64,000 nucleotides of DNA from Eledone cirrhosa (GCA_964016885.1 OZ024761.1:15376001-15440000), one strand, 5' to 3'. Counted from the first letter of the stretch, positions 15,531 to 27,359 are shown. The notes: generated by a model from the letters alone, not told the origin. Numbers and translations are program-made.

Positions 15531-18500
15531 ACACACATATACACATACACACGCTGACGCACACAAGCACACACAGACACACATGCAGACACAGACACAT
15601 GCACACACATACATACAGAGACACACACTCAGAGATACACATGCAGACATACACAGACACACACACACATAAACATACACATAAACACACAGAGACTCAG
15701 CGAGATAGAGAGACACACACACACTTCTTTAAATCCGAATTTGACACGCTTTCAAGATATTGAGTGCACCAAGGAAAATCTGTAGGGTTGGTAGGTGGAG
15801 TGGGTGGTTTAGTATCAGGTGGGTGGGTTTAAGAATAGAGGTGGGGCGTTTTAAGGTAACTATTGTAACTGTGACTACAGAACAAACTCACTAAGCTAAC
15901 TACCTAAATAAATAAATAAATAAAATAAATAAACAAATAAACAAATAAATAAAAATAAATAAATAAAAATAAATAAATAAAAATAAAAATAAAAATAAAA
16001 ATAAAATAAAATAAAATAAAATAAAATAAAATAATATAAAATAATATAAAATAAAATAAAATAATATAAAATAAAATAAAATAAACGAATAAAATAAATA
16101 AATAAATAAATAAATAAATAAATATATATATATGGTGTCGTTTGAAAAATTTAAATAATCACAAATTGAAATTTCTTTTCATGTCAGTACAATTCAAAGA
16201 ATTTGATTGTGTTGTTTTCTCTTCATTTTTTTTTTTTTAAATTGTCTTTATATCTATTTGTTATTTTGCTTCGAATTTTTGGGATACTTGAAATTGTTGT
16301 TGTTGTTGCTCTTTCACTTAGCGTTCATCGGAAGATCTATTTCTATTGATAGTTGATCTGAAGATTTCTCACCGTGCGAGGAATTGTATTGATTTTAATC
16401 CCCCAGCCCCCGCCCCACCAAAAAAAAGTATTTAATTATTTATTTAACTATTTAATTATTATTATTATTGGCAGTATCGGTAGAGGGTCGGACGCCATGC
16501 TTTGACGCATAGAGTTACGGCCCTTGCCATTCTGAGTTCAAATCCCGCCGAGGTTAACTTTGCCTTTCATCCTTATGGGGTCGATAAAATAAAGTACCAG
16601 TAATACACTGGGTAATTGCTGGTAGAAACAATTATTATTGGCAGTATCGGTAAAGGGTCGGACGTCATGCTTTGACGTATAGAGTTACGGCCCTTTCCAT
16701 TCTGAGTTCAAATCATTGTGCTTCATTTTTATTCTTAATGTCTTTTACCACATGAAGCCACATCACATTAGAAATTAAAGTCTTCTAACCTCATCATTGC
16801 CGAGGTCAACTTTGCCTTTCATCCTTACGGGGTCGATAAAATAAAGTACCAGTAATGCACTGGGTAATTGCTGGCCCTGTGCCTAAAGTAGAAACAATTA
16901 TTATTATTATGGCAGTGGAATGGGTAAGGCGGTGGACTGGCAGTATCGGTAGAGGGTCAGGACTCCATGCTTTCTACGGCCCTTGCCATCTGAGTTCAAA
17001 TCCCACCGAGGTTAACTTTGACTTTCATCCTTACGGGGTCGATCAAATAAAGTACCAGTAATACACTGGGGTCATTTCTAGCCTTGTGCCAAAAGTAGAA
17101 ACAACAGCAACCAGAACAACAACAATGACAACGACAACAAACATAACAACAACAACAACAGCAATTTCTGTTGTCTTTTTACAGGCGGTGTTTTGAGCAA
17201 CCCGACTCCTCCGCCATTAGACTGCAGTTCCAGAAGTGATGGCGTCTACTGGTGGGGCTGTAGGGCATACCAGATGTGTCAGGGGGGCCAGGAACAACTG
17301 ATCAGCTGTTCGGAAGGAGAGGCGTTCAATCCTGACCAGCAAACCTGCCAACCGTAAGTCACTATTTCCTCCTCCGCCTTCTTCTTTTTCGTTTCTTCTT
17401 CTCTCCTTTTCGTTGTCTTCTTCTTCCTCTTTTTCTTCTTCTTTTCCTTCTTTTCGTTGCCTTCTTCCTCTCCTTCTCGTTGTCTTCTTTTTCTTCTTCT
17501 TTTCGTCTTCTTCTTCTTTTCTTTGTCTTATTCTCATCCTCCGCCTTTTTAAAATGTGTGTCAATTTTGCCTTCCATCTTTCCCGGGGTCGCTAAAATAC
17601 CAGTCTTGTACTGGGGTCGAATTAATCTCACCAACCCCACCCCCACCCCACCGCACCAGACTTTCTGAAATTACTATCATGGTTTTACATACAATTTTTT
17701 CTTGCCAGGATCTTCAGCGTTCCTCCACCGTGTGGTTTAGAGTTACAATGCCCGCCTCACAAAAGCGGCGCCCATCGCTTCTCAGATGTCGACAACACGC
17801 GAATTCCTTGTAATTTCTTCTACACATGCATGAACGGCGAATTCCTTGGCCATCAGCAATGCATTGAGGGTGAGTGTCTATAATCTTCTTTATCTTCTTC
17901 TTCATAATCTTCTTTATCTTCTTTTTCATCTTCTTCTTCATCTTCTTCTTCATAATCTTCTTTATTTTCTTTTTCATCTTCTTCTTCATCTTCTTCTTCA
18001 TAATCTTCTTTATCTTCTTCTTCATAATCTTCTTTATCTTCTTCTTCATAATCTTCTTTATCTTCTTTTTCATAATCTTCTTTATCTTCTTCTTCATCTT
18101 CTTCTTCATCTTCTTCTTCATAATCTTCTTTATCTTCTTTTTCATAATCTTCTTTATCTTCTTCTTCATCTTCTTCTTCATCTTCTTCTTCATAATCTTC
18201 TTTATCTTCTTTTTCATAATCTTCTTTATCTTCTTTTTCATCTTCTTCTTCATCTTCTTCTTCATAATCTTCTTTATCTTCTTCTTCATAATCTTCTTTA
18301 TCTTCTTTTTCATCTTCTTCTTCATCTTTTTCTTGATACAAGAACAAATGGTTACGCCTTCGTTACGTTTATTGGTTGGTGACGCGTGTTTCGCTACTGA
18401 TCAGCTCAAGGTTCGATCTATATCGATCTGGCCCGACTCTGGTATCAAAAGCTCGTCGGAACCTATGTAGTAGTAATGACGTGAACCTAAACATCGAGTG

Positions 18501-18542
18501 CTCACCTGAGTGAACCTACAGTAACTTCGTGTTACACTCCCT

Positions 18543-18597
<55 letters not shown>

Positions 18598-19124
18598 TAA
18601 AAAAATAATGAATAAAACAATGAAACAGTTGCTTATATTAAACAAAAAAAGTTCATTATTTAACGATCGTTTCTAGGATATATATGTGTTAGAATTGGCA
18701 TGCATATTCAACAGATCTATGTACAAAATTATACAAAATTATACAAACTATCAAAATTAAATATACATACCAAACACATATATATGCCGTATTCAGAAAT
18801 AATATATATATATATATATATGACTAAAGACATTTTAGCCTGATAATGGGGTTTAGAACCCTCAGATAAATGGAAAAAGATGAGTATTGACGTACATGGG
18901 AGACGAACCCACATCTTTGGTTAACCAAAGATGTGGGTTCGACTGGTCTGGATAACCAAAGATGTGGGTTCGACTCCCATGTACGTCAATACTCATCTTT
19001 TTCCATTTATCTGAGGGTTCTAGACCCCATTATCAGGCTAACATGTCTTTAGTCAAAAATTCGGTGAAAGCTATTCTATTTTCTAATTTCAAACCTGCTC
19101 ACTGTTTCAAAACATACTTACTTG

Positions 19125-19167
<43 letters not shown>

Positions 19168-19262
19168 AAGAGAGTCAAGACCCCGACGGCTGAGCTCCGG
19201 CCGTTTCGATAGGTATTTCTGAACGCGTTATGGTCCACCTGGTTTCTTACCACACTTCCTTC

Positions 19263-19331
<69 letters not shown>

Positions 19332-19746
19332 ATATATATATGGGAAAATGTTCAAGACCCCGACGGCAGAGCTCAAGCCGTTTCGACAGAGCCGTCGAAA
19401 CGGCTTGAGCTCTGCCGTCGGGGTCTTGAACATTTTCCTATTACCCACTCTACTACCCAAAGCATTGAGTACTGTGGTGCGTTATGGTCCACCTGGTTCC
19501 TTACCACATTTCCTTCGTTATATCTATCTATCTAAGGCGGGTAAAATTCCCGAGATCCATGGACGAGTTCTCTCCAGCGGTCTCTATCCCTCATTATCGC
19601 TGCCATGTCCTGCATCTCCAACAGACCAGTGTCTGTCCTTAGGGCATCAACATACGTTAACCTTGGTCTTCCTCTTCTAGTGTGTCCGTATAGGGGCTCC
19701 CAAAGGATGTGTGTATGTGTGTGTATGGAGAGAAAGAGAGAGAGTA

Positions 19747-19777
<31 letters not shown>

Positions 19778-20072
19778 ATATATTATATGTAATGTAATGT
19801 AATAGATTGTTTCACGTTTGTCTCTATTTTACCGTGTGTACTCAGGTACGGTGTTCGACGAAACGAACCAGCTGTGTAATTGGCCAGAGAATGTTTCTCC
19901 TCCTTGTGGTACGAAGACGGACAATGGTGGAAATAACGGCAACAACCGGGGCACTGACGGTGGCGACGGTGCCGGATGGGGACAACAGCAACAACAAGCA
20001 GAAGGAGGACGAAGAGGAGGAGGAGGAGGAGGAGGTGGAGAACATCAGCAAAGAGGAGGAGGTGGTTGGTAA
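5888..20072 (+). CDS. Spliced gene join(5888..5924,17185..17353,17709..17869,19846..20072): 197-aa secreted protein with two chitin-binding type-2 (CBM14/peritrophin-A) domains and a Gly/Gln/Asn-rich C-terminal tail
   Basis: Exons of 37+169+161+227 nt = 594 nt join in frame through GT-AG introns of phase 1, 2, 1. N-terminus [17 protein letters not shown] is signal-peptide-like. The six-Cys units have spacing CX11CX5CX9CX12CX9C and CX19CX5CX10CX12CX9C, with G-x-x-F-[ND] motifs (GEAFN, GTVFD). Confidence 0.88.
7930..8368. mobile_element. Fold-back Penelope-like pLTR remnant (family A); 166-bp arms 7930-8095 / 8112-8277
   Basis: Essentially perfect inverted repeat with a 16-nt spacer between (TA)n runs; contains a hammerhead. 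Confidence 0.75.
8172..8237 (+). ncRNA. Type I hammerhead ribozyme, family A
   Basis: TATTTTAT-CTGAAGA-[AGG C ATGCCATATT TTT AATATGGTAT C CCT]-GAAA-TATGTA-TA|ATGAAATA. Confidence 0.82.
8430..8700 (-). mobile_element. Second tRNA-derived SINE type (related pieces 2560-2765 +, 50450-50690 -, 10290-10455 -, 7435-7555 -)
   Basis: Shared TGTGTTCTTGAGCAA(A/G)(G)CACTTCATTTCA-like block and B-box-like head. Confidence 0.65.
9470..9850 (+). mobile_element. Repeated LINE 3' end, probably Tx1/L1 group (copies 6465-6775 -, 12990-13400 +, 43085-43465 +, 54990-55045 +)
   Basis: [14 protein letters not shown] coding end, then a 3' UTR ending GGCTAATAAAGAAACAT + (ATCT)n; five copies in the window. Confidence 0.7.
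11215..11256 (-). ncRNA. Minimal type I hammerhead ribozyme, family D
   Basis: Reverse complement GGTT-CTGATGA-[ACGC CAACCA GCGT]-GAAA-CATACTG-TC|AGCT. Confidence 0.75.
13857..14241. repeat. 135-bp tandem repeat, about 3 copies
   Basis: ATCCAGTGAT recurs at 13861, 13996 and 14131. Confidence 0.93.
16468..17102 (+). mobile_element. Cluster of tRNA-derived SINEs of the major family (other copies 3245-3775, 10812-10995, 13430-13602, 24900-25025, 29250-29370, 33520-33605, 35340-35517, 43783-43966, 48968-49093)
   Basis: B box GAGTTCAAATCC, core GCCTTTCATCCTTACGGGGTCGATAAAATAAAGTACCAG, (ATT)n tails; TSDs visible at 35.3, 43.8 and 49.0 kb. Confidence 0.9.
17185..17353 (+). CDS. Exon 2 ([55 protein letters not shown])
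   Basis: Polypyrimidine tract + ACAG acceptor, GTAAGT donor, five CBM14 cysteines. Confidence 0.93.
17709..17869 (+). CDS. Exon 3 ([53 protein letters not shown])
   Basis: TTTTTCTTGCCAG acceptor and GTGAGT donor; completes domain 1 and starts domain 2. Confidence 0.93.
17880..18330. repeat. 12-bp-based (TTC/ATC) minisatellite in intron 3
   Basis: ATCTTCTTCTTC / ATAATCTTCTTT units. Confidence 0.92.
18375..18412 (-). ncRNA. Degenerate hammerhead remnant
   Basis: Reverse complement CTTGA-GCT GATCAGT AGC-GAAA-CACGCG-TC; the CUGANGA box is broken. Confidence 0.4.
18822..19125. mobile_element. Fold-back element with tRNA-like B box (GGTTCGACTCC at 18967)
   Basis: Arms about 18822-18921 / 18953-19053 with a duplicated centre; TA-flanked. 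Confidence 0.55.
19846..20072 (+). CDS. Exon 4 ([21 protein letters not shown] + Gly-rich tail, TAA stop)
   Basis: CTCAG acceptor in the correct phase; matches the 3' part of supplied ORF 19818..20072. Confidence 0.93.
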
Positions 20073-20186
20073 ACGAAATATTATAGTTGAAACAAAAGAC
20101 ACTAAAAACACTTTTTAAAAAAATTACTTAAAATTTCGTGATATTAAAATTGTTTTTCTATTTCTTTCCTCTTGTATATACCAACC

Positions 20187-20217
20187 AATAAACCGATTTT
20201 GTTTTTAAATTAATAAA
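20187..20217 (+). terminator. Candidate polyadenylation signals (AATAAA at 20187 and 20212)
   Basis: Canonical hexamers 115-140 nt after the stop; the AT-rich context lowers specificity. Confidence 0.4.
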
Positions 20218-20759
20218 TTGTGTTATAAATTCGTGCCAAGCCTTATCTATGGTTATGAATCTTGGGTAATGACCTAAGAAAATGATCGTGAATATAAGCG
20301 AACGAAATGGTGTTCCTCCAAAAGGTCTCTGAAGTAACGTTACTCGATAAGTGCGTAGTAGCTCGGAAATCAGGGAGTCACTCCAGGTAGAGCCGCTACT
20401 TGAGGACAACATAGGGTAAAAATAAAGATGGCGTATTTAGAAACCTGTTTTGTCAGATATGACACAGAGCTACGTACGTACGTGACAGACAGGGCAGGGA
20501 GAAAATAGGGAAAGTGAGATTTCATACAAGGTTTTTAAGTTGTTGGTGTCGTTTTTTTAACACCAGGTCAGCCGTGATCTAGCACACCTTTGGTCAAAGG
20601 TGTTACACCTGATACGATTTTAGTCATTTATATAATTAACATGTGTCCTACAATCAATTTTTTTTCTTTCCTATTAACCATTTCCTTGCAACATTTCTAA
20701 TAAAAGACATTAACCATGAATTTCAAATATATATTTTTAATAATCAAGAATTGTATTTG

Positions 20760-21440
20760 AGGTCCGCACCAACCCTTACCTATGGTCATGAATCTTGGGT
20801 AATGACCGAAAGAATACGATCGCGAATACAAGCGGCCGAAATAGGGCTCCCCCGAAGGGTCTTTGGAGTAGCGTTACTCGTCAGAGTGTGTAGCTCGGAG
20901 ATCAGAGAGTCACTCCAGGTAGAGCCGCTACTTCTCTGAATTGAGAGATACTTTGTGCAATGTGGTTAGAATGTCTCATGAAAGAATCGCTGGACAGATT
21001 TGTAGCTCGGAAATCAGAGAGTTACTCCAGTTTGAGCGGCTATTTCTCCGAATTGAGAGATCACAGCTCCGACACTGTGGACATGTGATTAGAATGTCTC
21101 AGGAAAGAATTGCTGGACAGATTTGTAGCTCAGAGATCAGAGAGTCACTCCAGGTAGAGCCACTATTTCTCCGAATTAAGAGATCACAGCTCCGATATTT
21201 GTGCAATGTGATTACGATGTCTCAAGAAAGAATCGCTGGACAGATTTTACGGATAGAACCAACCGACAGGAGATCCAGGGGAAGATACCGAAGAGATGAT
21301 TGGATAACATCCATGAACTTGGCTGGTCTCGTTTGGGGATCCAGCTGGATATGTTAGAGACGATTGCTTCTGACAGGACCCAATGGAGGGATGGTTTGAG
21401 GGCTCTGTCCCCACGACCCTCTCAGGAATAAGAGAACGAA
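20760..21440 (+). mobile_element. RTE-clade LINE 3' fragment with an internal 120-bp triplication (small piece also at 20300-20402)
   Basis: PTLTYGHESWVMTERIRSRIQAAE...LRIERSQLR..GHVIRM...RSRGR. Confidence 0.85.
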
Positions 21441-22006
21441 GAAGTGGTATAAACATTATTATCATTAGTAGAGGTCGATTGATAAAGTACCAGTCTAGTA
21501 CTGAGGTTCCTCCATAGTTCTTTCACACTCCCCATCCCTCCTTTTCTCACTACTCTCCTTCCTTCTCTCTTACCTTCCCTCTTTCTCTCTGGAAGTAATT
21601 GGCTGTGTTCAGACCTGGAGAGGGTCTCCGCCAGGTTTTAAAAAAAGGCCCATGAAACGCTGCATGTCACTACGGCGTCCCTAAAACTCAATTAAGAGTT
21701 AAGAGCACAAGCAGCATCAAGAGGGTGGCTGTAGATTGGCAGAATAAAAATGCTTTGCGGTACTTAGTTACATCCCTTTGCGTAATGACGTCGTGGAAGA
21801 GTAATTTTTAACCATTCAGAAACAGATACACACACACAAAGTTAATCTTGCTTTACATTTACAATTTATTTCTTGACGGTCATAACTTTTGTCGCGCTTT
21901 TTGCGACCTGGTCACTGGACACAGTTCCCCTGCAACTGCAACCGATTGCAACTTATTGACCAATTGCAGTTGAAAAAAATAATAAATAGACAAATAAATA
22001 AAAGTG

Positions 22007-22049
<43 letters not shown>

Positions 22050-22167
22050 GTGTATATATAAATATATATATACATATACATATAGTAATAATAAATTTGA
22101 AGACTAAAATCCAAAGAGGGTTCGATAAGGATAAATATATATCAAATATATAAGAACCGTAGAGCAA

Positions 22168-22316
22168 ATATTTATTAAAATAACAGATAAAAGTTTAAGC
22201 AAATAATCGCTGCTTTCACCCTTAACGAGATCTTCTGAAACTGTTTCAGAAGATCCCGTTAAGAGTGAAAGCACCGATTCTTTGCTTAAACTTTAATCTG
22301 TTATTTTAATAAATAT
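22168..22316. repeat. About 70-bp-arm palindrome (single arm also at 11450-11510)
   Basis: Centre CTGAAAC-T-GTTTCAG; contains hammerhead-like CAGAAGA-T CCC GTTAA GAG T-GAAA. Confidence 0.65.
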
Positions 22317-22515
22317 ATATATATATATGAAAAATGAATACATGTATATGAATATATATACATGTATATATATATAAATGTATATATATATATACATGTG
22401 TATATATACATGTATATATATATATACATGTGTATATATACATGTATATATATATATACATGTATATATACACATGTATATATATATATATATATACATG
22501 TATATATATATATAC

Positions 22516-23322
<807 letters not shown>

Positions 23323-23409
23323 TTTATATATATATATATATATGATTAGGATGAATCGAAGATGTAGCTGCCATATAGAGGGTACCAATATATATATATA
23401 TATATTGGT

Positions 23410-23977
23410 ACTAATTTTATTCATATGTAACCCATGTGCAACCACGCAGCACTCCATTTTTCTTATATTTATATTTTTTCCTCAGCTGCGATTGTCTGTT
23501 TCTTTCTTACTGATTCCCATCTCTCTGTATCTCTCACCTTCTTTTTACCCCTCTGCCAGTTACACTCTCTCTCGGCTAGCCTCTTCCTCACACTTCCACT
23601 CACTCATTCCTTGCTTCTCCCCCTCTCTCACTTCCTCCCGTTTGACCTGTGTGAAATCCTTTTCTCGCTCACATCTCACCCATGTCGGATGGTCAGTATC
23701 TCTCGTCCATGAATTCACCAAGCTTAAGCTTATAGATATCATGTACTTGTCTCTTCCTATCTTTCCATTGCAATACCATCTTTGTTTGTTTACATGTCTC
23801 GCTCGCTTCACGCTATTTTACTTGTCCCAATAACTTTATTTAATTATTGCTCGCACCAACCAGAGGTATATGATCTTTAAAGCGATGAAATACCAATGAA
23901 GGTTGGAAGATCACTGATGAAGGACTAATTTTATTCATATGTAACCCATGTGCAACCACGCAGCACTCTATTTTTCT

Positions 23978-23982
<5 letters not shown>
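23410..23982 (+). mobile_element. Non-coding 514-bp unit with 59-bp terminal direct repeats in (TA)n; Penelope-like pLTR or retrozyme-type element carrying the permuted hammerhead
   Basis: 23410-23468 equals 23924-23982 with 1 mismatch; flanked by TA runs; homolog at about 41735-41945 on the minus strand. Confidence 0.7.
23851..23921 (+). ncRNA. Candidate non-circularly permuted hammerhead ribozyme with K-turn (copy 1)
   Basis: TCGC-A-CCAACC-AGA-GGTAT-A|TGATCTT-TAAA-GCGAT-GAAA-TACC-AATGAA-GGTTGG-AAGATCA-CTGATGA-A. Stem III GGTAT/ATACC, stem I TGATCTT/AAGATCA, stem II TCGC/GCGA plus A-T. Confidence 0.75.
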
Positions 23983-24011
<29 letters not shown>

Positions 24012-24019
24012 TATATACA

Positions 24020-24480
24020 TACATATATATTATTTTATATAAATACATAAATACACATATATATACATATATATTATTTTATATAAATACATAAATACAC
24101 ATATATATATACATATATATTATTTTATATAAATACATAAATACACATATATATATACATATATATTATTTTATATAAATACATAAATACATATATATAT
24201 ATATACAAACATATATATTATTTTATATAAATACATAAATACATATATATATATATACATACATATATATTATTTTATATAAATACATAAATACATATAT
24301 ATATATATACATACATATATATTATTTTATATAAATACATAAATACATATATATATATATACATACATATATATTATTTTATATAAATACATAAATACAT
24401 ATATATACACATACATATATATTATTTTATATAAATATATATACATATATATGCATACATATATATTATTTTATATAAAC
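24020..24480. repeat. AT-rich 40-46-bp minisatellite
   Basis: TATTTTATATAAATACATAAATAC repeated about 10 times. Confidence 0.88.
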
Positions 24481-24677
24481 ATACATACACATACACACAC
24501 ATATATATATATAAGTTCCTCATCATTGATATCACCCCCCCCCCAACCCACCCACCGATACCGTATTTTGACAGCTTCCTAATATTTTTTCTATCACCAA
24601 TGAGGAAGTGGTTACTCTATATAACAACATAACACATGCTAATAGAAAGGTTGTAAAAACATACACACACACACATG

Positions 24678-24709
<32 letters not shown>

Positions 24710-24750
24710 TTGTGGCGGCCCGGGGTGTTGGAAGGAGATAGGGGTTGTAT

Positions 24751-24853
<103 letters not shown>

Positions 24854-25507
24854 GTTAACAAGTGCCCGGTTTCGTTATTAATCATGAATCATTATTAAGC
24901 GAGGTTAACTTTGCCTTTCATCCTTACGGGGTCGATAAAATAAAGTACCAGTCACGCACTGGGGTCGATTTAATCGGTGTTCCCCTCCCCCAAAATTGCT
25001 GGCCTTGTGCCTATATAAGAAACCATTATTAAGGCATACACACACACACAAACACATACACACTATTACACACAAACACATACACGCACACACACAAACA
25101 CATACACACAAACAAACACACAAACATGCACAAAGATACACACAAACATGCACACAAACACAAACATACACACATGCACACAAACACACAAACATACACA
25201 TAATCACAAGCAGACATGCAAACACACACACACATATATAGAAAGAAAGAAAGGTTGGTGGTAGCATGGCTAAGTGGTTAAGACGTATGTTTCGCAACCA
25301 TTAGGTCCAGGGTTTGATCTCACTGTATGGTATCGTTGGTGAAAGTGTCGGGGAGAGAGCGAGAGAGAGGATAAGGAGAAGGAGAAGGAGAGAGATGGAG
25401 AGAGAGAGCAGAAGGAATGAGATGGAGAGAGGAGGAGGAGATGGGAGAAAGAGGCAAAAAGAGAAGGAGAAAGAGAGAAAGAAAGAGAGAAAAGGAGAAA
25501 GACAGAC

Positions 25508-25573
<66 letters not shown>

Positions 25574-26005
25574 GGTGAGAGAGAGAGAGAGAGATAGAGA
25601 GATACAGAGTCTGACTTAACTCCGCACTACCAGAGGTTTCATGTCGTAAACACGTCTTAATCATCTCATCACGACCAATTTATTTATTTCATCCACGCTA
25701 TGTAATTTCACATCACTTTTCTTTCGTTTGTTTTCTTTACTTTATCTTTCATGCCTGTTTTGTGTTTCGTCCCCTAAAATACTCCAGGGCATTGTTTAAC
25801 TATCTTGTTAGACACTGTGACCCTAAATGGACCAGCAGTACTGTCAGTAGTCCATTTCGACAGTTGAAATATACAGTACTGTGTGAAGTCCATTTCGACA
25901 GTTGAACACCAAGGAATTGTTAAGAAAATGAGGGATTTTTTTTAAATGAAAAAGAAAAACGAGATGTCCTACACGAGTGAAAGTATAAGAAAAAAAAAAA
26001 AAAAA

Positions 26006-26503
26006 AAATCGAAAATGCAACTGGGGTCTTTTTAAGAATATTTATTTGTTTCCTTTACCGGTTTCACAGTTCTTATGCTTATGCGAGAAAAACCACAAAC
26101 CCTCCATCTCAATTCTACTTTTGAAAAGCATAAGAAAAGTAGAATTGAGATGGAGGGTTTGTGATTCGCATAAGCATAAGAACTGTGAAACCGGTAAAGG
26201 AAACAAATAAATATTCTTAAAAAGACTCCAGTTGCATTTTCGATTTCATCTTTTTTCCTTATATATATATAGCATCAACAGTTTTCCAAGATATATCAAC
26301 ATGAATGGATCTGTTATTTTTATCTAAAGACATTTTTTTCCAATTCTAAAACGCCCGTTCCTTCCATCTATCTTATTTCTCATTCTTTCATCTGATGAAG
26401 TACTAGCGTCCGAAACGTTAAGACCCTATTCCAGCTATATTAAGCGTTAACTTAATATATTCCTTCCATATACTATACCGATTGTATTGTTATTTCTGTT
26501 TAC

Positions 26504-26510
<7 letters not shown>
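26006..26510. mobile_element. Fold-back element (arms about 26006-26122 / 26135-26246) followed by a hammerhead motif
   Basis: Long inverted repeat with a small indel; TA-flanked. Confidence 0.6.
26388..26423 (+). ncRNA. Minimal hammerhead motif, partly degenerate
   Basis: CTGATGA-A-GTAC TAGC GTCC-GAAA-CGTTA; palindromic AACGTT; stem I weak. Confidence 0.6.
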
Positions 26511-26550
<40 letters not shown>

Positions 26551-26679
26551 GTAATAACTTGGTAGAGATAACCATGCTATAGAACAACTAAGGCCGTAGG
26601 GCGAGTTATAATTTAATTATGAGGGCCAGTTACTTCAACGGCGCCATACCAGGAACGTACGTTTCGTTTATATATCAGT

Positions 26680-27152
26680 GTGGAAGTCAGACCTTCGTAA
26701 AGACATGAAAATCCGCCTCTTCATTGCTGTAGTGGAGTCTGTTGTTGCTGTAGGGGTCTGAGACTTGGACACTGACCAAGAAACTCACTCAGATGGTGGA
26801 TGGGTGCTACACAAGAATGCTGAGGATGGCTCTGAACATTAATCAGTATACCCTGAGGATGAAAAACTCAGAGTTGTATGGGAGCCTCCCAAAAGTCAGC
26901 TCAAAAGTGACACAGAAGAGACTGAGGTTAGCTGGACATGCTCACCGACATCCAGAGTTGACATTGCACTCAGTGCCCCTATGGGAGCCCCTACATGGAC
27001 ACACTAGAAGAGGAAGACCAAGGGTAACGTATGTTGATGCCCTAAGGACAGACACTCGTCTGTTGGAGACGCAGGACATGGCAGCGATAATGAGGGACAG
27101 AGACCGCTGGAGAGAACTCGTCCATGGATCTCGGGAATTTTACCCGCCCTAG
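26680..27152 (+). mobile_element. RTE-type LINE 3' fragment (shorter minus-strand copies at 19532-19710 and 48049-48205)
   Basis: DGCYTRMLRMALN...RLRLAGHAHRH...[11 protein letters not shown]; ends in (ATAG)n. Confidence 0.85.
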
Positions 27153-27165
27153 ATAGATAGATATG

Positions 27166-27197
<32 letters not shown>

Positions 27198-27236
27198 TAT
27201 ATATATACATATGTATATATATAAAAATAAATATAC

Positions 27237-27269
<33 letters not shown>

Positions 27270-27277
27270 TAAATATA

Positions 27278-27359
<82 letters not shown>

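Noticed and set aside
17853-18470. Acidic (EEEDKEDY) or Lys/Phe-rich protein ORFs
   Set aside because: 12-bp minisatellite starting right after the exon 3 donor; open in several frames
23870-23890. SECIS element reading of ATGA..AAA..GA
   Set aside because: Stem too short, ATGA not kept in copy 2, no upstream UGA-containing ORF; the hammerhead and K-turn model explains more positions
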